A DNA stretch of 63,879 nt, counting the filler, from Globobulimina sp. (lineage: Eukaryota), in NCBI GenBank assembly GCA_003354225.1. It is 15 parts of 15 records of this genome, joined end to end, with 100 filler letters (N's around TTAATTAATTAA, not from the genome) between each part and the next. Parts side by side here need not be neighbours in the genome. Positions count along the whole stretch, not along the records: positions 21,352 to 25,518 come from PIVH01001531.1; positions 25,619 to 29,783 come from PIVH01001532.1; positions 29,884 to 34,046 come from PIVH01001533.1; positions 34,147 to 38,309 come from PIVH01001534.1; 11 more parts are not named here. The stretch is one strand, 5' to 3'. This document shows, piece after piece, positions 24,918-37,213 of the stretch. The position numbers and the translations under genes are program-made. The notes under the pieces were generated by a model. The model was not told where the DNA came from. It worked only from the letters and a program-made list of their open reading frames with translations, and searched no databases. Each line of letters begins with the position of its first letter. The stretch's first letter is position 1.

Positions 24918-25518
24918 TTAACTTGGCTTAATATTTGTTAATATTACAAGGTCTGAATCAGAATCAGAATCACTGATACTTGAATTACCTACACTGCTTT
25001 CATCAATTTGCGTTTTCCGAACATTTCCATATATTTCAAATCCAGAGCATGCCAAATGATAGGCACCACCGCTATTTTTACCTGTTTGTCGTATCCTAAA
25101 TATTGCAAAATATTGATTTGCATTAACATCCCATGTGAATGATTTACATTTTGTATCTAATGCAGTGTCATTACGATGTTCCTTTAAAATATGCCATGAT
25201 ATTTCATCGTTACTACCTTCAAAATACCAATGTCTTAATGCAAAATTATTGGATGATTTATAATGTCTCAATGTATATTGTGTCGGTAATATCTCATATT
25301 GCGATAATGTAAAATCAATAATAAACCACGAATTTGATTGTGAGGCTGTGATCAAATGCTGCGGTGTACGAGAAACAATGCAATCGGCAGACTTACTGTT
25401 TGCCAGCAAAGACGAGGAAGATATGGCTATTAAACCGTCTTCAGCCGGATTTTCAAAAAATGGCGACCGAGTGCCTAAGTAATATATAAATCCATTTTCA
25501 TCAAGATCTGATTCATAT
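24918..25518 (-). CDS. HECTD1-type Sad1/UNC (galactose-binding-like) domain protein, 5'-truncated
   Basis: 'YESDLDENGFIYYLG...SWFIIDF...PTQYTLRHY...ALRHWYFEGSND..WHILKEH.ND...FRIRQTGKN...LACSGFEIYG'. Confidence 0.8.
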
Positions 25519-25718
25519 NNNNNNNNNNNNNNNNNNNNNNNNNNNNNNNNNNNNNNNNNNNNTTAATTAATTAANNNNNNNNNNNNNNNNNNNNNNNNNN
25601 NNNNNNNNNNNNNNNNNNTTCTTCTTCTTCTTCTTCTTTTTCTTCTTTTTATTTTTTTTTTTTTTTTTTTTTTTTTTAGTTATTATTTCATTTTTTTTTA
25701 TCTAGCTTTCAATGCATA

Positions 25719-27785
25719 ATGTTATTATTTCCTTTAAAGTTTAAAATGCATAAACAAAAAATTTCAGGCATGTTCAAGCTAAAGTGTAAATGTGATATTA
25801 TGAGACCTCTCTTCCCTATTTCAACACGTACGATAACAAAAATATCAGTATTATCTCCCAATGATTCAATAATGTTATTAAAAAAATTGAATGTCAAACA
25901 TAACAATAACATCGCACGTAAACAAAAAACAATGAATGATGCATTGAACATATATAATAGTACCGGCCGCGGTAGCTTCGATTGCAAAGACGGTTACGTT
26001 ATTAATGAATTTCTGCGATTATGTTTTGACTACAGTCACCCTTATAAAATAATGGATATTTGGGATGATATTCAATTGCAACATGACGAGAATAAGCAAG
26101 GCTTTCTTCACTATTCATTGATTATGAAATGTTTAATTAAATCAAAAAGTAATAATAAGTTACAAAAATATATGCAAGTTTTACAATGGATAAATGAAAG
26201 CAATTATAAATTATCAATACATGTCTCAATGTTGCAAAAATTAATATTATTTTGTGGCAAATACAAATCTTTGGAGACATTACATTGCATTCAAGCTCTC
26301 ATTAATAAGCAATTAATTTATATTCATAAAGATCAAGAAAACAAAATTCAATCTTCGTTCATCTCTGCATTTGCAAATTGTAACGATATAGATACTGTTG
26401 TCAATATTTTTAATTTGAATTGTAATGTTTCAATATGTGATATCGAGGTTGTTATGCAAATGTTGGTCAATAATAATTATAATCAGAAAGCATTGCATAT
26501 TTATGAGAATTATACAGCAAAAACAAGCAATATTAATATTAGCACAATGGCAATAAAAGCATGCATAGCCATCAGTGATATGGAAAGAGGGAAGAAAATC
26601 ATTTATGAGAATGGATTAAATGAGAAAACGAATGCTGTTCTAATAGAATTTTACAGTCATTTTGGAGACTTTGCCAAAGCTGAAAAAATATTCAATTTGC
26701 AATTGACGCAAAATGAGAAAATAAATACAAATATATTCAATTTAATGATGAATAATTACCTTAAACAAGATTTAAATGAAAAGGTTTTAGTATTATATGA
26801 ATCCATGCATATCGACAACATTTTATATGATGAAATCTCGCATTTAATGGCAATCAAATCATGCATAAAATTAACAGAGTTTGCCAAAGGGATCGAAATT
26901 TATAACAAAAATAGGAATTTTAAAAGCGATGTACTAGCAATGAAATGTTATAATAATTTACGAGATGTCAATGGCACATTGAATATATTTAATGCAATGG
27001 ATAAGAATAAGATTGATATTACAATCATTCATTTAGTAATGGAGTGTTGTTATAATTGCGGAATGGATCAACAAGTCATTGATTTATATAAAAGTTTGCA
27101 TGTTAAATATCCAAACTTGACCGCAGATGTTTTGATTTATATCACTTTGTTAAAAGCATTAACTAATTTATCATTGCTTCCATTTGGAATACAAATACAT
27201 AACAAATTAAAGCAAAACAAAATGACAAATCATATGGAAATAAAAATGAATTTAATCAATTTTTATGGGAAATGTGGAATGATGGAAGAATGTCAGGATA
27301 TATTCGAAGATTTAGATTGCGATTATTTGCATATTGGTATTTACAATGCGATGATGAGAGCTTATGGCCGGAATGGTGATATTTTAAATACGTTGAAATT
27401 ATATCAAAATATCAAACAAATGGCAGATTCAAAAACATTTACAATTTTAATAAATGCGTGTAATCATTGTGGAGAGGTGGAAAAAGCTGAAAATATCTGG
27501 AATGAGATCAGAGAGAATGAGATAAAATATGATAAGTTTGTGATTTGTGCGTTTGTGGATTGTATGGCACGCAAAGGCTGTTTAACTGAAACGCATAAGT
27601 TTTTGATTGAGCATGATATTAACTTTGAGGAAGCGTGGAGTTCGCTGTTGAGCGGTTGTAGGAAATCTAATGATATTGAATTGGCTCACTATGTGCTGAA
27701 TGAAATGAAACTGAAATTTAAACACGATTCAGCACGATTGGCGTCTGCATCTTCCTTGGTTTTGGGTCTACATATTAAGTATTAA
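25719..27785 (+). CDS. Plant-like PLS-class pentatricopeptide repeat protein ending in an E-type motif, without DYW
   Basis: 'LINFYGKCG..EECQDIF', 'YNAMMRAYGRNG', 'DSKTFTILINACNHCGEVEKA', 'VDCMARKGCL', 'WSSLLSGCR'. Basic N-terminus consistent with an organellar presequence. Intronless. Confidence 0.88.
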   Translation: MLLFPLKFKMHKQKISGMFKLKCKCDIMRPLFPISTRTITKISVLSPNDSIMLLKKLNVKHNNNIARKQKTMNDALNIYNSTGRGSFDCKDGYVINEFLRLCFDYSHPYKIMDIWDDIQLQHDENKQGFLHYSLIMKCLIKSKSNNKLQKYMQVLQWINESNYKLSIHVSMLQKLILFCGKYKSLETLHCIQALINKQLIYIHKDQENKIQSSFISAFANCNDIDTVVNIFNLNCNVSICDIEVVMQMLVNNNYNQKALHIYENYTAKTSNINISTMAIKACIAISDMERGKKIIYENGLNEKTNAVLIEFYSHFGDFAKAEKIFNLQLTQNEKINTNIFNLMMNNYLKQDLNEKVLVLYESMHIDNILYDEISHLMAIKSCIKLTEFAKGIEIYNKNRNFKSDVLAMKCYNNLRDVNGTLNIFNAMDKNKIDITIIHLVMECCYNCGMDQQVIDLYKSLHVKYPNLTADVLIYITLLKALTNLSLLPFGIQIHNKLKQNKMTNHMEIKMNLINFYGKCGMMEECQDIFEDLDCDYLHIGIYNAMMRAYGRNGDILNTLKLYQNIKQMADSKTFTILINACNHCGEVEKAENIWNEIRENEIKYDKFVICAFVDCMARKGCLTETHKFLIEHDINFEEAWSSLLSGCRKSNDIELAHYVLNEMKLKFKHDSARLASASSLVLGLHIKY

Positions 27786-27906
27786 GTAATTAGAACAATT
27801 CTGAAACAGAAATTAACGAAAAACTCCTAAAGTCCTAAACAAATTAACAAAAACGCAACACAATGTTTTTTTACTAGTAAGTTTTGTGAGAAAAACCAAA
27901 GTTTAA

Positions 27907-28333
27907 ATGGCAACAAAAAAACCTAGCAAAAGCACTATTGGATTAATACTTCTTATTATTGCTTTAATATTAAACGTACGTTAACTGTATGATCTATATT
28001 ACATATATATAGCTTAAATATAATTAACATGTTTATGCAAAGGTTGTCGCATTAATTATCTCATTTGGATGTTGGCCATGGTGGGTATTATTAATTGTGT
28101 CGATAGTATTAATAATTTTGATATTACTAACACAATTTGTAGGAGCATGTAGTAAATATGCCAATCATAAATTATTTACCGGAATTGCATGTGGCTGTAC
28201 AATTGGTGCGTTATGTTTTGCCGTAATGGGTATTTGGCTTTGTGGTGATTGGAGGTTTATTTTTGGCGGTACTGCGATGTGGCTTGTCTTGGCATCAGCA
28301 ATTATTCAAGTAATATGTATATTTATATTGTGA
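27907..28333 (+). CDS. Small 4-TM membrane protein
   Basis: ATG 27907 (MATKKPSKSTIGLILLIIALILN), phase-0 intron 27976-28042, then three more hydrophobic helices. Confidence 0.7.
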
Positions 28334-28532
28334 GAACCAATCCCATCTCAATGACTTCTAAAATAATGTAAAAGTAATGTAAATAATAGATAGTTGACCC
28401 ATTTTTTTGAGTGCTACGCATTTTCGCAGAATTAATTCTGCTGTGTTTTAAGACTTTTTTTTTTACAATGTCTGAAGTCTGAATATAAGATATATAAAGA
28501 AAACGGTGAGTTGGACATACTCAATTAACATC

Positions 28533-29783
28533 ATGGCAGATAAAGATAAAAACAAAAAACTAAAATTGAAAGCGCGCCGAACCAAACACAAAAGCTCCTC
28601 CATCGATGAATGGGACTCATACAACACAAAGGATAAAAAAGAAAGAAAGGACAAACGAAAGGAGAGAGAGAAAAAGAAAGATAAGAAAAAAGACAAAAAA
28701 CACCATTCCAATGACAAAAAGAAAGACAAAACCGATGAAGAAAAGGACAAAACAGACACAACAAAACAATTTCGACGGCCTAAATCGATGCGCAATGACA
28801 AAGACAAAGACAAAAAACTAAAAGCAAAGCGTAGAGACAGCAAACTTAAAAAAGCCACTCCCAAATCAGAGAATGGCGATGGTTTTGGAACTATCAAAAA
28901 TAAATCAAAAAACGCGTCCAAACGCAAAGATAAACGCGACTCTGGTTTTGGAAATCTCATACAAAGTGTAAGCAGTTCCATATTCCCCTCACTTCGCACC
29001 AAAGCAGGCTAAAATATATAGGAAAAGAAATTTGTGTTTGACGATAATGCGGATCTCGGTCAGTCAAACATTAATTTTACACCAAAGGAGTCCTCCAAAC
29101 GAAGACGCAAGAAATCAACCTCTGAGCAAACGGCTGAAGCAAAAAACACGAAAAATATGGAAGACATTGAAAGAGAGAAAGAGAAAATGCAACAGGAACG
29201 ACTCAGAAAATTAAAAGAAATTCGGGCCTCCAAAGCTGTAGAAAAGCAGCGCGAAGCTGACAAATTGAAAAAAAAAGGGCGGAAACGAGGGCAAAGCAAA
29301 GGACACAAACACGATGCGGGCAAAGAGGCGACGCCTGAAAAGAAAGCGGATGTGGACGAAAAAGAGGAGACCGGCGAGGAGAGGAAGGCGCGGAAACAAA
29401 GGGAAAAGCAGCAGCGATTGGAGCGGCTAAAGAACCTAAGAATGCAACACGAGGATCAAAAGAAGAAAACCCAGAAAGAGCTGGAACAGTTTCTACGCAA
29501 AAGAGACAACAAACGGTACACCTTTGCGTACAATGCCTATCCCAAAGACGCGCAAAAGGCAAAGCAGACCGTTTACAAAAGTCTGCGAAGACTGAAGGAG
29601 CTGTGTCCCATTATATCGGTATGTTTATTCTCTGCCTATTCCAGACATTCAATCATGGCGTTGTTGCTAAACAGTTTCAGTACGACCCCAATAACAAGAA
29701 TGTGGAACCGATACTAAATCCGTATGGTTTGAGCGTGACTCACATGGACTGTTTGGTGGCTTATTATATGGTAGACACTGAGT
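28533..29783 (+). CDS. Lys/Asp/Glu-rich protein of unknown function, 3'-truncated
   Basis: Three ORFs joined in frame by GT-AG introns 28968-29021 and 29619-29644. Confidence 0.7.
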
Positions 29784-30065
29784 NNNNNNNNNNNNNNNNN
29801 NNNNNNNNNNNNNNNNNNNNNNNNNNNTTAATTAATTAANNNNNNNNNNNNNNNNNNNNNNNNNNNNNNNNNNNNNNNNNNNNCAGCACAGCAAAGGACT
29901 CAACTCGGCAAAACGCAAAACTGCAGCGCAGCATAGCGCATTCAATGCAACAGAAGATACAGCACAGCATCAAATAGAGTACTGTAAAAAGAACAACAAC
30001 TAACACATAGCGAGGGAGAGAAGCAAAGAACCCAAAGGAACAGCGAAACAAGAATTAAAACACAG

Positions 30066-31036
30066 AGAAAAGTAATGAGAAACTATCGCCGTCGTTGTTG
30101 CACACGTTTTGTGTGTCGAAACCGAATGAAATCTTGCAACTATGCTGGGACACTATGGATGATAATCGTTTGTTTATTGCCATCGGATCGAGCAAGAAGA
30201 ACGATGATCATATACAGATTTGGAACGTAGGCGATAAGAAATGCGAATATATCATCAATTTTAGCCATTGTACGCAATGTAATAATATCGAATATATCAA
30301 AATCAATAATAATAACCGTCTGGTTGTGTGCGGCTACGACAATGAGAATGATCAAAACCAATCGATTTTGTATTTATATGGGAATAGTAATGAACAGAAA
30401 CAATGGAATTTGATCAGTACCTCCAATATGATGGAGACAGTGATAAAATGCGTCGAGTTCAACCATAATGGAAAGATTATCATTGTGGGCGGCTCGGATG
30501 GATATATTCGGATATTTGATATCAAAAATGGATATTTTACGCAGTTAACCAAATGGAACGCGCATAGCGGGCACATATCGTCGATATACTTGTGCCAAGA
30601 CACCAATTCTATTGTGTCGATTGCGAGGGATTTCTGTGTCAAACATTGGCAGTTGAACAATGATAATAATTCATGTAAGAAAGTGTGGAGATTTAAAGGC
30701 AGCGACGAGGATATTGTGCCGTTGCTGTGCTTGGGTCCGAATAATTATTTTGCAGTGACGCAGTCGAAAGCAAATGTCAATGTTAATGAGCAAAAGTTAA
30801 CCGGTCAGGAAGATGATAATAATAAGAACGAGGAAGAGAAAATTAAAGAAAATGCGAGTTCTATCTATAATGTGGTGATTAAAAATATTGAGGATGGGAG
30901 TGAGGGGTCGCCAGAGATTGTGGTGGGGGGACATTCGAAAATAATCACTGCCATTGATTGGCACAAAGAATCACAAATGTTAGCCACCTGTTCGGTGGAT
31001 GGGACACTTCGAATATTTCAGATTTTTCCACATTAA
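30066..31036 (+). CDS. WDR91: WD40 protein, WDR91-like, last exon
   Basis: 'KCVEFNHNGKIIIVGGSDGYIRIFDI...WNAHSGHISSI' and terminal 'GGHSKIITAIDW...ATCSVDGTLRI' match the WDR91 C-terminal pattern. Confidence 0.7.
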
Positions 31037-31145
31037 TAATATATACAACTTTATACTTTATTCGTTTTTGTTTTGCATTGTAATAATTTGTTGTAATTAT
31101 TCGCATGTTTATTATTATTTTTTTAATAAATGAAAACAATGAAAC

Positions 31146-31324
31146 AACTGCATTTATCGCAGATGTTTTAGGTTTCAGTATGTTTCGAGGTTTCAGCAAA
31201 ACAAGTTCTGGCAGAAGGATGGAATCAATGCTTCAAGGTTTCAATGTTTGTAGGTCCGACAAAATCCGATTATGCTCTAAACATAAAAAACATGAAACCT
31301 AAAACCTCTGCGATAAATGCAGTT
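31146..31324. mobile_element. MITE-like element with 32-bp terminal inverted repeats
   Basis: AACTGCATTTATCGCAGATGTTTTAGGTTTCA (31146-31177) matches the reverse complement of 31293-31324 with one mismatch. It lies between convergent genes. Confidence 0.7.
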
Positions 31325-31411
31325 CTTTCAATATAGATCCATGAGGTGTCAGAGGTGAAGTATAATAATCAAAAAAACAAAACAACAAATAATATACAAC
31401 AGTCATAATGC

Positions 31412-32470
31412 TCATTTTGCTTTTTTTGTCTGATTTTCCTTATCAAAATTGATAATTATAACAAGTAAACACCATACGCCAATAATGAATTGTATAATAA
31501 TTGTAGCAATAAACAAATTTTCAATCACTGGATATTTCCAACCATCATTTTTATAAAAGCCAACATAATAAGATATGCAAACCATTCTTAATATTAAATG
31601 TAGCAAAAAACATAGGAGTGTCGCCCAAATTGCATTCGTATTAATATTAGTTTTATATAATTGTAAATAATGATAATGGAAAATGTACATTAAAGCAGAT
31701 TCAAATGTAATAATACCATCAGCCACGGTAACACCACCCATATAAAATAAAGTAAACTGACCAAACCATTGCCAACCATATACAAACAAAACACCACTAG
31801 TTAACAATAATGATTTTTTTGCATCATCAATTACGTTTCCATTCGAAAAGTTACAAGTCAACATATTTTTTATTGTTGCCATTAAATTATAAGAATAATA
31901 ATATTTCTTTTCTAACTCAAATGTCTTTGTAAATAATGCAGAAACTATTATTCCCACCAAATTGAATCCTAAAACATCGAAAAATAAATGGTCATACCAA
32001 CATTCGTTATCTCCATCGAAATAAGGGAACATATACATTTCCAATCCTTCAAACATCGTCGTTACATACAAAGAAACATAAACATTACACCCCATACCCC
32101 AATGAATGCAAAAACAGTGCGCAAAATGTGAAAGAAGATATGACGGATATATTTGTAACTCATCAATGAAATTTTCCAAGCTGAATGTGCACCCACTTGC
32201 TTCCATTTTGAGTTCAAAAAAGCTGCTTTTTAATTTATATTTATTTGAGAAAAGTTTGGGTAAAACTGGAACTATCACATTATCTCCAGATTCATTTTGT
32301 GTTTTCCACCATACTCCATCATTATTTGTGCATAATATGTACGCAAACAATACGCAACTTAAAAATAACCATATTGCACAAATCCATATGGGCACAGCTT
32401 TGATAACATTATCTCGGTTTAATATACACCAACTGGCCAACAACACTGTCGCAATTAGTAAAATGTCCAT
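31412..32470 (-). CDS. Phosphatidylserine synthase (base-exchange PSS/PTDSS family)-like membrane protein
   Basis: 'FEGLE...NECWYDHLFFDVLGFNLVGI' matches the PSS motif FE..E...ECWWDH..DV..CN.LG. Multiple TMs and a C-terminal KKxK ER-retention-like signal. Confidence 0.8.
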   Translation of the reverse strand: MDILLIATVLLASWCILNRDNVIKAVPIWICAIWLFLSCVLFAYILCTNNDGVWWKTQNESGDNVIVPVLPKLFSNKYKLKSSFFELKMEASGCTFSLENFIDELQIYPSYLLSHFAHCFCIHWGMGCNVYVSLYVTTMFEGLEMYMFPYFDGDNECWYDHLFFDVLGFNLVGIIVSALFTKTFELEKKYYYSYNLMATIKNMLTCNFSNGNVIDDAKKSLLLTSGVLFVYGWQWFGQFTLFYMGGVTVADGIITFESALMYIFHYHYLQLYKTNINTNAIWATLLCFLLHLILRMVCISYYVGFYKNDGWKYPVIENLFIATIIIQFIIGVWCLLVIIINFDKENQTKKAK

Positions 32471-32532
32471 AATCACAAAGTTTCTGGAAAAACGCTACTT
32501 TAATAGCTAGTCAGCAAAAACGCAATTAATAG

Positions 32533-34046
32533 ATGGCACACGCCTCGAAATCAAACAAGCGCAACACCAACACAACAACAGATCTGATATCGCCAATCCA
32601 AAACACAAGTGACAAATGGAAATTAGTGTCAACATTCGTAAAAACCAGAGGTTTAGTTAAGCAACACATCCAATCATTCAATTACTTCATCAATAAAGGA
32701 TTAAAGAAAATTCTCAAAGTTAATATTTAATTTAATTATCTCACAAATACTAACCACTGTATAATAAAACATGAATGATAGGCCAACGCATTGGTGTTAT
32801 TTGAACAAAAAGAAGATTTATGGCTACGTTATGATGCAATACGTGTCGGTAAACCGCTTACAATGGCGAACCGCCGACTGGATAAGAACAAAATCCTCAC
32901 ACCACAACAATGCAGGATCTCGCAGCAAACCTACAATGCGCCAATCTACGTAGATGTCAGTTATCCATCCTCCAATTCCAAAACCACTCAATTGCACTCA
33001 AAAGATTTACTCATTGGATACATTCCGATAATGTTACATTCATCGCATTGTCATTTACACAATAAATCGCAAACACAATTATCTGAATTAGGTGAATGTA
33101 TATACGATTGCGGTGGTTATTTTATCGTGAATGGACAGGAGAAAGTTATGCTAATTCAAGAGCAATTAGCTAAAAATCGCATAATTATCAATTTCGATGA
33201 TAAGCTACATTCCATCACAGCACATGTAACCTCTGCCACTGCGACCGTCAAATCTCGGACGTCTGTTTATTTTAAAAACAATGAGATTTTAATCAGACAC
33301 AATGCATTGAGGACACCCATTCCATTGCCCGTCTTGTTCAGAGCAATGGGGATCGAGTCAGATCAAGAAATTGTACAAATGGTTGGAGCTGATTTAATTA
33401 AAGACCTTACCCCGTCATTGCAACAAGCAATGGGTATCACTGTGGACACGGTTGGTGCGGGCAAACCGCTCCATGTTCTAACGGCGACATTAGTATGTTT
33501 ACTTTACTTTAGGTTTTCCCACTCAAGTTTTTTGCAAATGTCATGACTGTGTGTTCACTGTAAAGGCCAAGGTATACATTTCAGATCGATATACGATGAG
33601 CGCACTCACTGCGAAAGCAAGCGAAGACAAAAAGGATGCAATTGCCGGGATAGAAAAGAAAATACGCGAAGGCGAGCGGGTAGTGCGAGATTTAATTTTC
33701 GCGCATATACGGCCAAGGGATGGGAGGTATGACATATTGAACAAAGCCATTTATTTGGGATTAGTGGTTCGTAGATTGATAAAAGCGAAATACGACGATG
33801 ACTACATGGATGATAAGGATTATTATGGCAACAAACGGCTGGAACTAAGTGGACATTTATTAAGTTTATTGTTTGAGGATAAATTCAAACAATTTAACTC
33901 GTCGCTGCAACGTAACCTCAATGACAGGTTTCAGTTAAGTCGATCGCCCGTACAAAAATTTGATAGCACGGAAGTCCCCAATTTGATGAAACGAGGCTCC
34001 GTCCGATTGACAGAGGGCATGAAATATGCCATCCAATCAGGTAATA
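32533..34046 (+). CDS. RPC2: RNA polymerase III second-largest subunit, 3'-truncated
   Basis: 'DKWKLV..F...RGLVKQHIQSFNYFI', 'GYFIVNGQEKVMLIQEQLAKNRI', 'DDKDYYGNKRLELSG.LLSLLFEDKFK'. Introns 32719-32781 and 33493-33565. Confidence 0.93.
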
Positions 34047-34146
34047 NNNNNNNNNNNNNNNNNNNNNNNNNNNNNNNNNNNNNNNNNNNNTTAATTAATT
34101 AANNNNNNNNNNNNNNNNNNNNNNNNNNNNNNNNNNNNNNNNNNNN

Positions 34147-35169
34147 CCAATAACACCCCGACCAACTGCATCACAAATAACCCCTCGACCAACTACATCA
34201 CCAATAACACCACCAAGCGCGTCACCAATAACATACAGACCCACTGCATCGCCAACGCAAACCACACAAAGCGGTGAAACATGCTCTGAAGTAATTAGTT
34301 GGTTTTACAAATGGACTCGTATCGGTGTATGGGATGAAAATGAGTATGGTGCATTGTACCGAAGTGTAGCAGAGGAAGCCTTTATTGCCGACCATGCAGA
34401 ATGCGGCCATTATGATGGAGATTTAGAATATTATTATTATTTTTATTGGGGTGGTTTGCAAAAACCAAACAAGAGACAATTATGGATTTATATGATTATT
34501 TGTTGCGGTGAAGGGAAAACATTTGGTCCTGACTACGAAATATCGGATAGTGTGCCAAATAAAGATGAATATGCTGCAAATGGTATATTGAAAAACAAAT
34601 ATGGTGAAAGTCAATATGTAAATGAGGATTCATGGACAGATCCATCGACATTTGGTATAAAACAATATATTGTATTTAGCATAATTGGATTATTATTAAT
34701 ATGTTGTTGTGTTGGATCATTATTTATATTTAAGAGACGATATCAATCACAAAAAGAAACGACTGCGATAAGTCCACGAAGTAATTATAAATATCAAATG
34801 AAATATGCATCCAAATCAAGAGGAAGTAAGAAACGCTTGCCACAAATGCAAGGTTTGGCTTTAGCAAACTTTCCTCTTCCCGGACCAAAACATGTTGAAA
34901 TAGCGTCACATGGTCAGGATTCTACCAATGCTTCGTCCGATGGTAATAATACATATCAATCAAACTTTGCAATTGTGCAGCAACAACAACATGAGTCCAC
35001 GGATTGTTCACAAGGCGATGCTGATGTCACTACGCATTTGGGCCCAATACAATTAATGGGACATCAAATAATGGCATCTACCTCTTTCGATACACCAGAG
35101 ATGGATGATGTTGTTCAACATTTAAATTTAGGATTACCAAAACCTCACAAATCGGATGATATACATTAG
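34147..35169 (+). CDS. P/T-repeat type I membrane protein, 5'-truncated
   Basis: Open from the contig edge (PITPRPTAS...). Small Cys-containing ectodomain; TM 'IVFSIIGLLLICCCVGSLFIF-KRR'. Confidence 0.7.
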   Translation, partial: PITPRPTASQITPRPTTSPITPPSASPITYRPTASPTQTTQSGETCSEVISWFYKWTRIGVWDENEYGALYRSVAEEAFIADHAECGHYDGDLEYYYYFYWGGLQKPNKRQLWIYMIICCGEGKTFGPDYEISDSVPNKDEYAANGILKNKYGESQYVNEDSWTDPSTFGIKQYIVFSIIGLLLICCCVGSLFIFKRRYQSQKETTAISPRSNYKYQMKYASKSRGSKKRLPQMQGLALANFPLPGPKHVEIASHGQDSTNASSDGNNTYQSNFAIVQQQQHESTDCSQGDADVTTHLGPIQLMGHQIMASTSFDTPEMDDVVQHLNLGLPKPHKSDDIH

Positions 35170-35388
35170 ATGCGGAAGATATTGCAAACGCATTTGATAT
35201 GGACATTTAACCGCATATTTATTGCATTTTAATTTAAGTTTGTTTGTGTTATATTTTGTTTACTAAATTCGTATTATTGTTTTGTTGTTTTATTTAATAT
35301 GTATTTAGTTTGAATGTTTTTGTGTGAATTTTTTGGGCATAGCACTGTGCAAAATGGGAAAAAAATTTCAATGGTATTAATTACACAA

Positions 35389-36588
35389 TTATTTGTTAAT
35401 TTTTCTCAATAACTTTTTTACTTTTGCAGATTTTTTGAAGCGATGCTGTCTCATTCTGGCAGCCTTTGCCGGATTTGTTCTTAATGGATGTGATTTTCTC
35501 CATATCTTTCTTGATTCAACTTTTTGCCCTTTTTTGCTGTGTTTAAAGAGCACTCTCTGCCTTCTTTGCCATGGTCCTTTAATATATCTGCCGCCTCTTA
35601 GGTGTTTCTTTGTATTTTTGGCGATGGTATCTGAAAATTTTCCACCTGCTTCAAAATCACCCAATCTTTGTGCATTTTTATACGATTTATCCAAATTCTC
35701 AACAAATGAGTTTAGGCTCTGGCCGGTCGAAGATTCCTTGTATCGTTTCATACGTTGCGATTTTTTTAATTCACCTCTTGTTTGTTTCAATCGAATATAA
35801 TTATTTTCTTCATAGTTTAATAAATCGTCTTTTTTGGATTTTGCTGTATTTTGCAAGAAAAATTTCTCCTCCGTTGGTAGATTAGTCATACTCTCGATGA
35901 CTCCTTTATAAATCTCAGAATTTTTCACCTTTTTCTTAAATTGTTTTGTCATTCTTTCTTGTTTTTTGCTTAACATATTCTTTGCCGTATCCATCAACAT
36001 TGGATTTAATTTTAATGGCCGATAAATGCCATCTTTATTTATCTCTCTTTCGTTATTAATATCCATTGATATGCTACTATTTGGTGGACGTAATGTATCC
36101 AAATCTGGTTTATGTGATAATTCATCACTTATAATATTTGTATCGTTCTCGGCTTTTTTCGAGTGATCCAATAATTTATCAATTGAATATTGACATTGTT
36201 TTTGTATAGATCGCAATTTATCCAATATCCAACCACAAATTGCTAATTGATTTAATAATTCATGATTTGCAACACTTTCTCCTCTCGCTCTGTGTATTTG
36301 ATTAACACTCAAAACTCAAAAACACATAAAATAAAAATAGAAATAGAAATAGAAAACAAGATAATACCTCATTGAAATGTAAAGACATAATTTTGAACAA
36401 TACATGATTAATAAATGAAATTTAACGTCTAACAATGACATGCCATGTTTAGTATTGTCAAATGTTCCATGATCAACCATTCCATGCAATTTATTTATAA
36501 AAGACTCTACTTTTTTTAATTGACTCAGCATAAATTCAACTTTACATGTTAGTTCGTGCAGTTCTTCATCAGAAATGGAAAGAGACAT
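35389..36588 (-). CDS. NGDN: Neuroguidin / Lcp5 (Sas10/Utp3/C1D family, SSU processome)
   Basis: 'GMSLLDVKFHLLIMY', 'LDKLRSI....QYSIDKLL', 'LRP', 'GIYRPLKL', 'YEENNYIRL'. One intron at ~36290-36368. Confidence 0.82.
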
Positions 36589-36668
36589 TGCATTAATTTG
36601 TATTGTTCAGTAGTACTACAAAAAAAACTTTAGCTTACAAGTTAACACTTAACATACAAATTGCAAAT

Positions 36669-37185
36669 ATGGGTCTAGAGAATACAATAATTCCGCTGCG
36701 ATTTTTTGCATCGATGGGTCATTTGATTTGCGTAATACTGATATTTTCTCACACAGTATGACCCAGTATGTTAAATCTGAAATAAAAATATATTTATTGC
36801 ATTATTTGTTTATCTAGGAAGACCTTACAAAGAATACAACTGAAAAGACAAAGTAAGTATGTTGTTATATCATAATATGTCTGGTCATAATTATATGAAA
36901 GGAAATTAATAATATAGTTTGTTAGCAGCTGTTTGGATGAGTATTGGTTTGATGAGCGTGGAATTTGTTGGATTATTTCTTGGTTTTACAATATTTCATC
37001 ATACATCGAATATGATATACATAACAGTACATGGAATTGGAATGTTGTTAACCGCATTATTTATTGGATTATCATGGATTTATTGGATTTTTTGGTTTAT
37101 ATTTTTAATTTGCAGTTTAATCTCCGGCATCATGGAAACAGTGAATCTAATAAAGATAATTTCCTGTCCAACAGGAAAATATTGA
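36669..37185 (+). CDS. TMEM107: Ciliary transition-zone protein TMEM107
   Basis: 'IIPLRFFASMGHLICVI', 'VEFVGLFLGFTIF', 'YWIFWFIFLICSLISGIME' parallel TMEM107. Two short introns including a micro-exon at ~36819-36852. Confidence 0.78.
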
Positions 37186-37213
37186 AAATTTAAATATTAA
37201 AAAAAATTAAATG

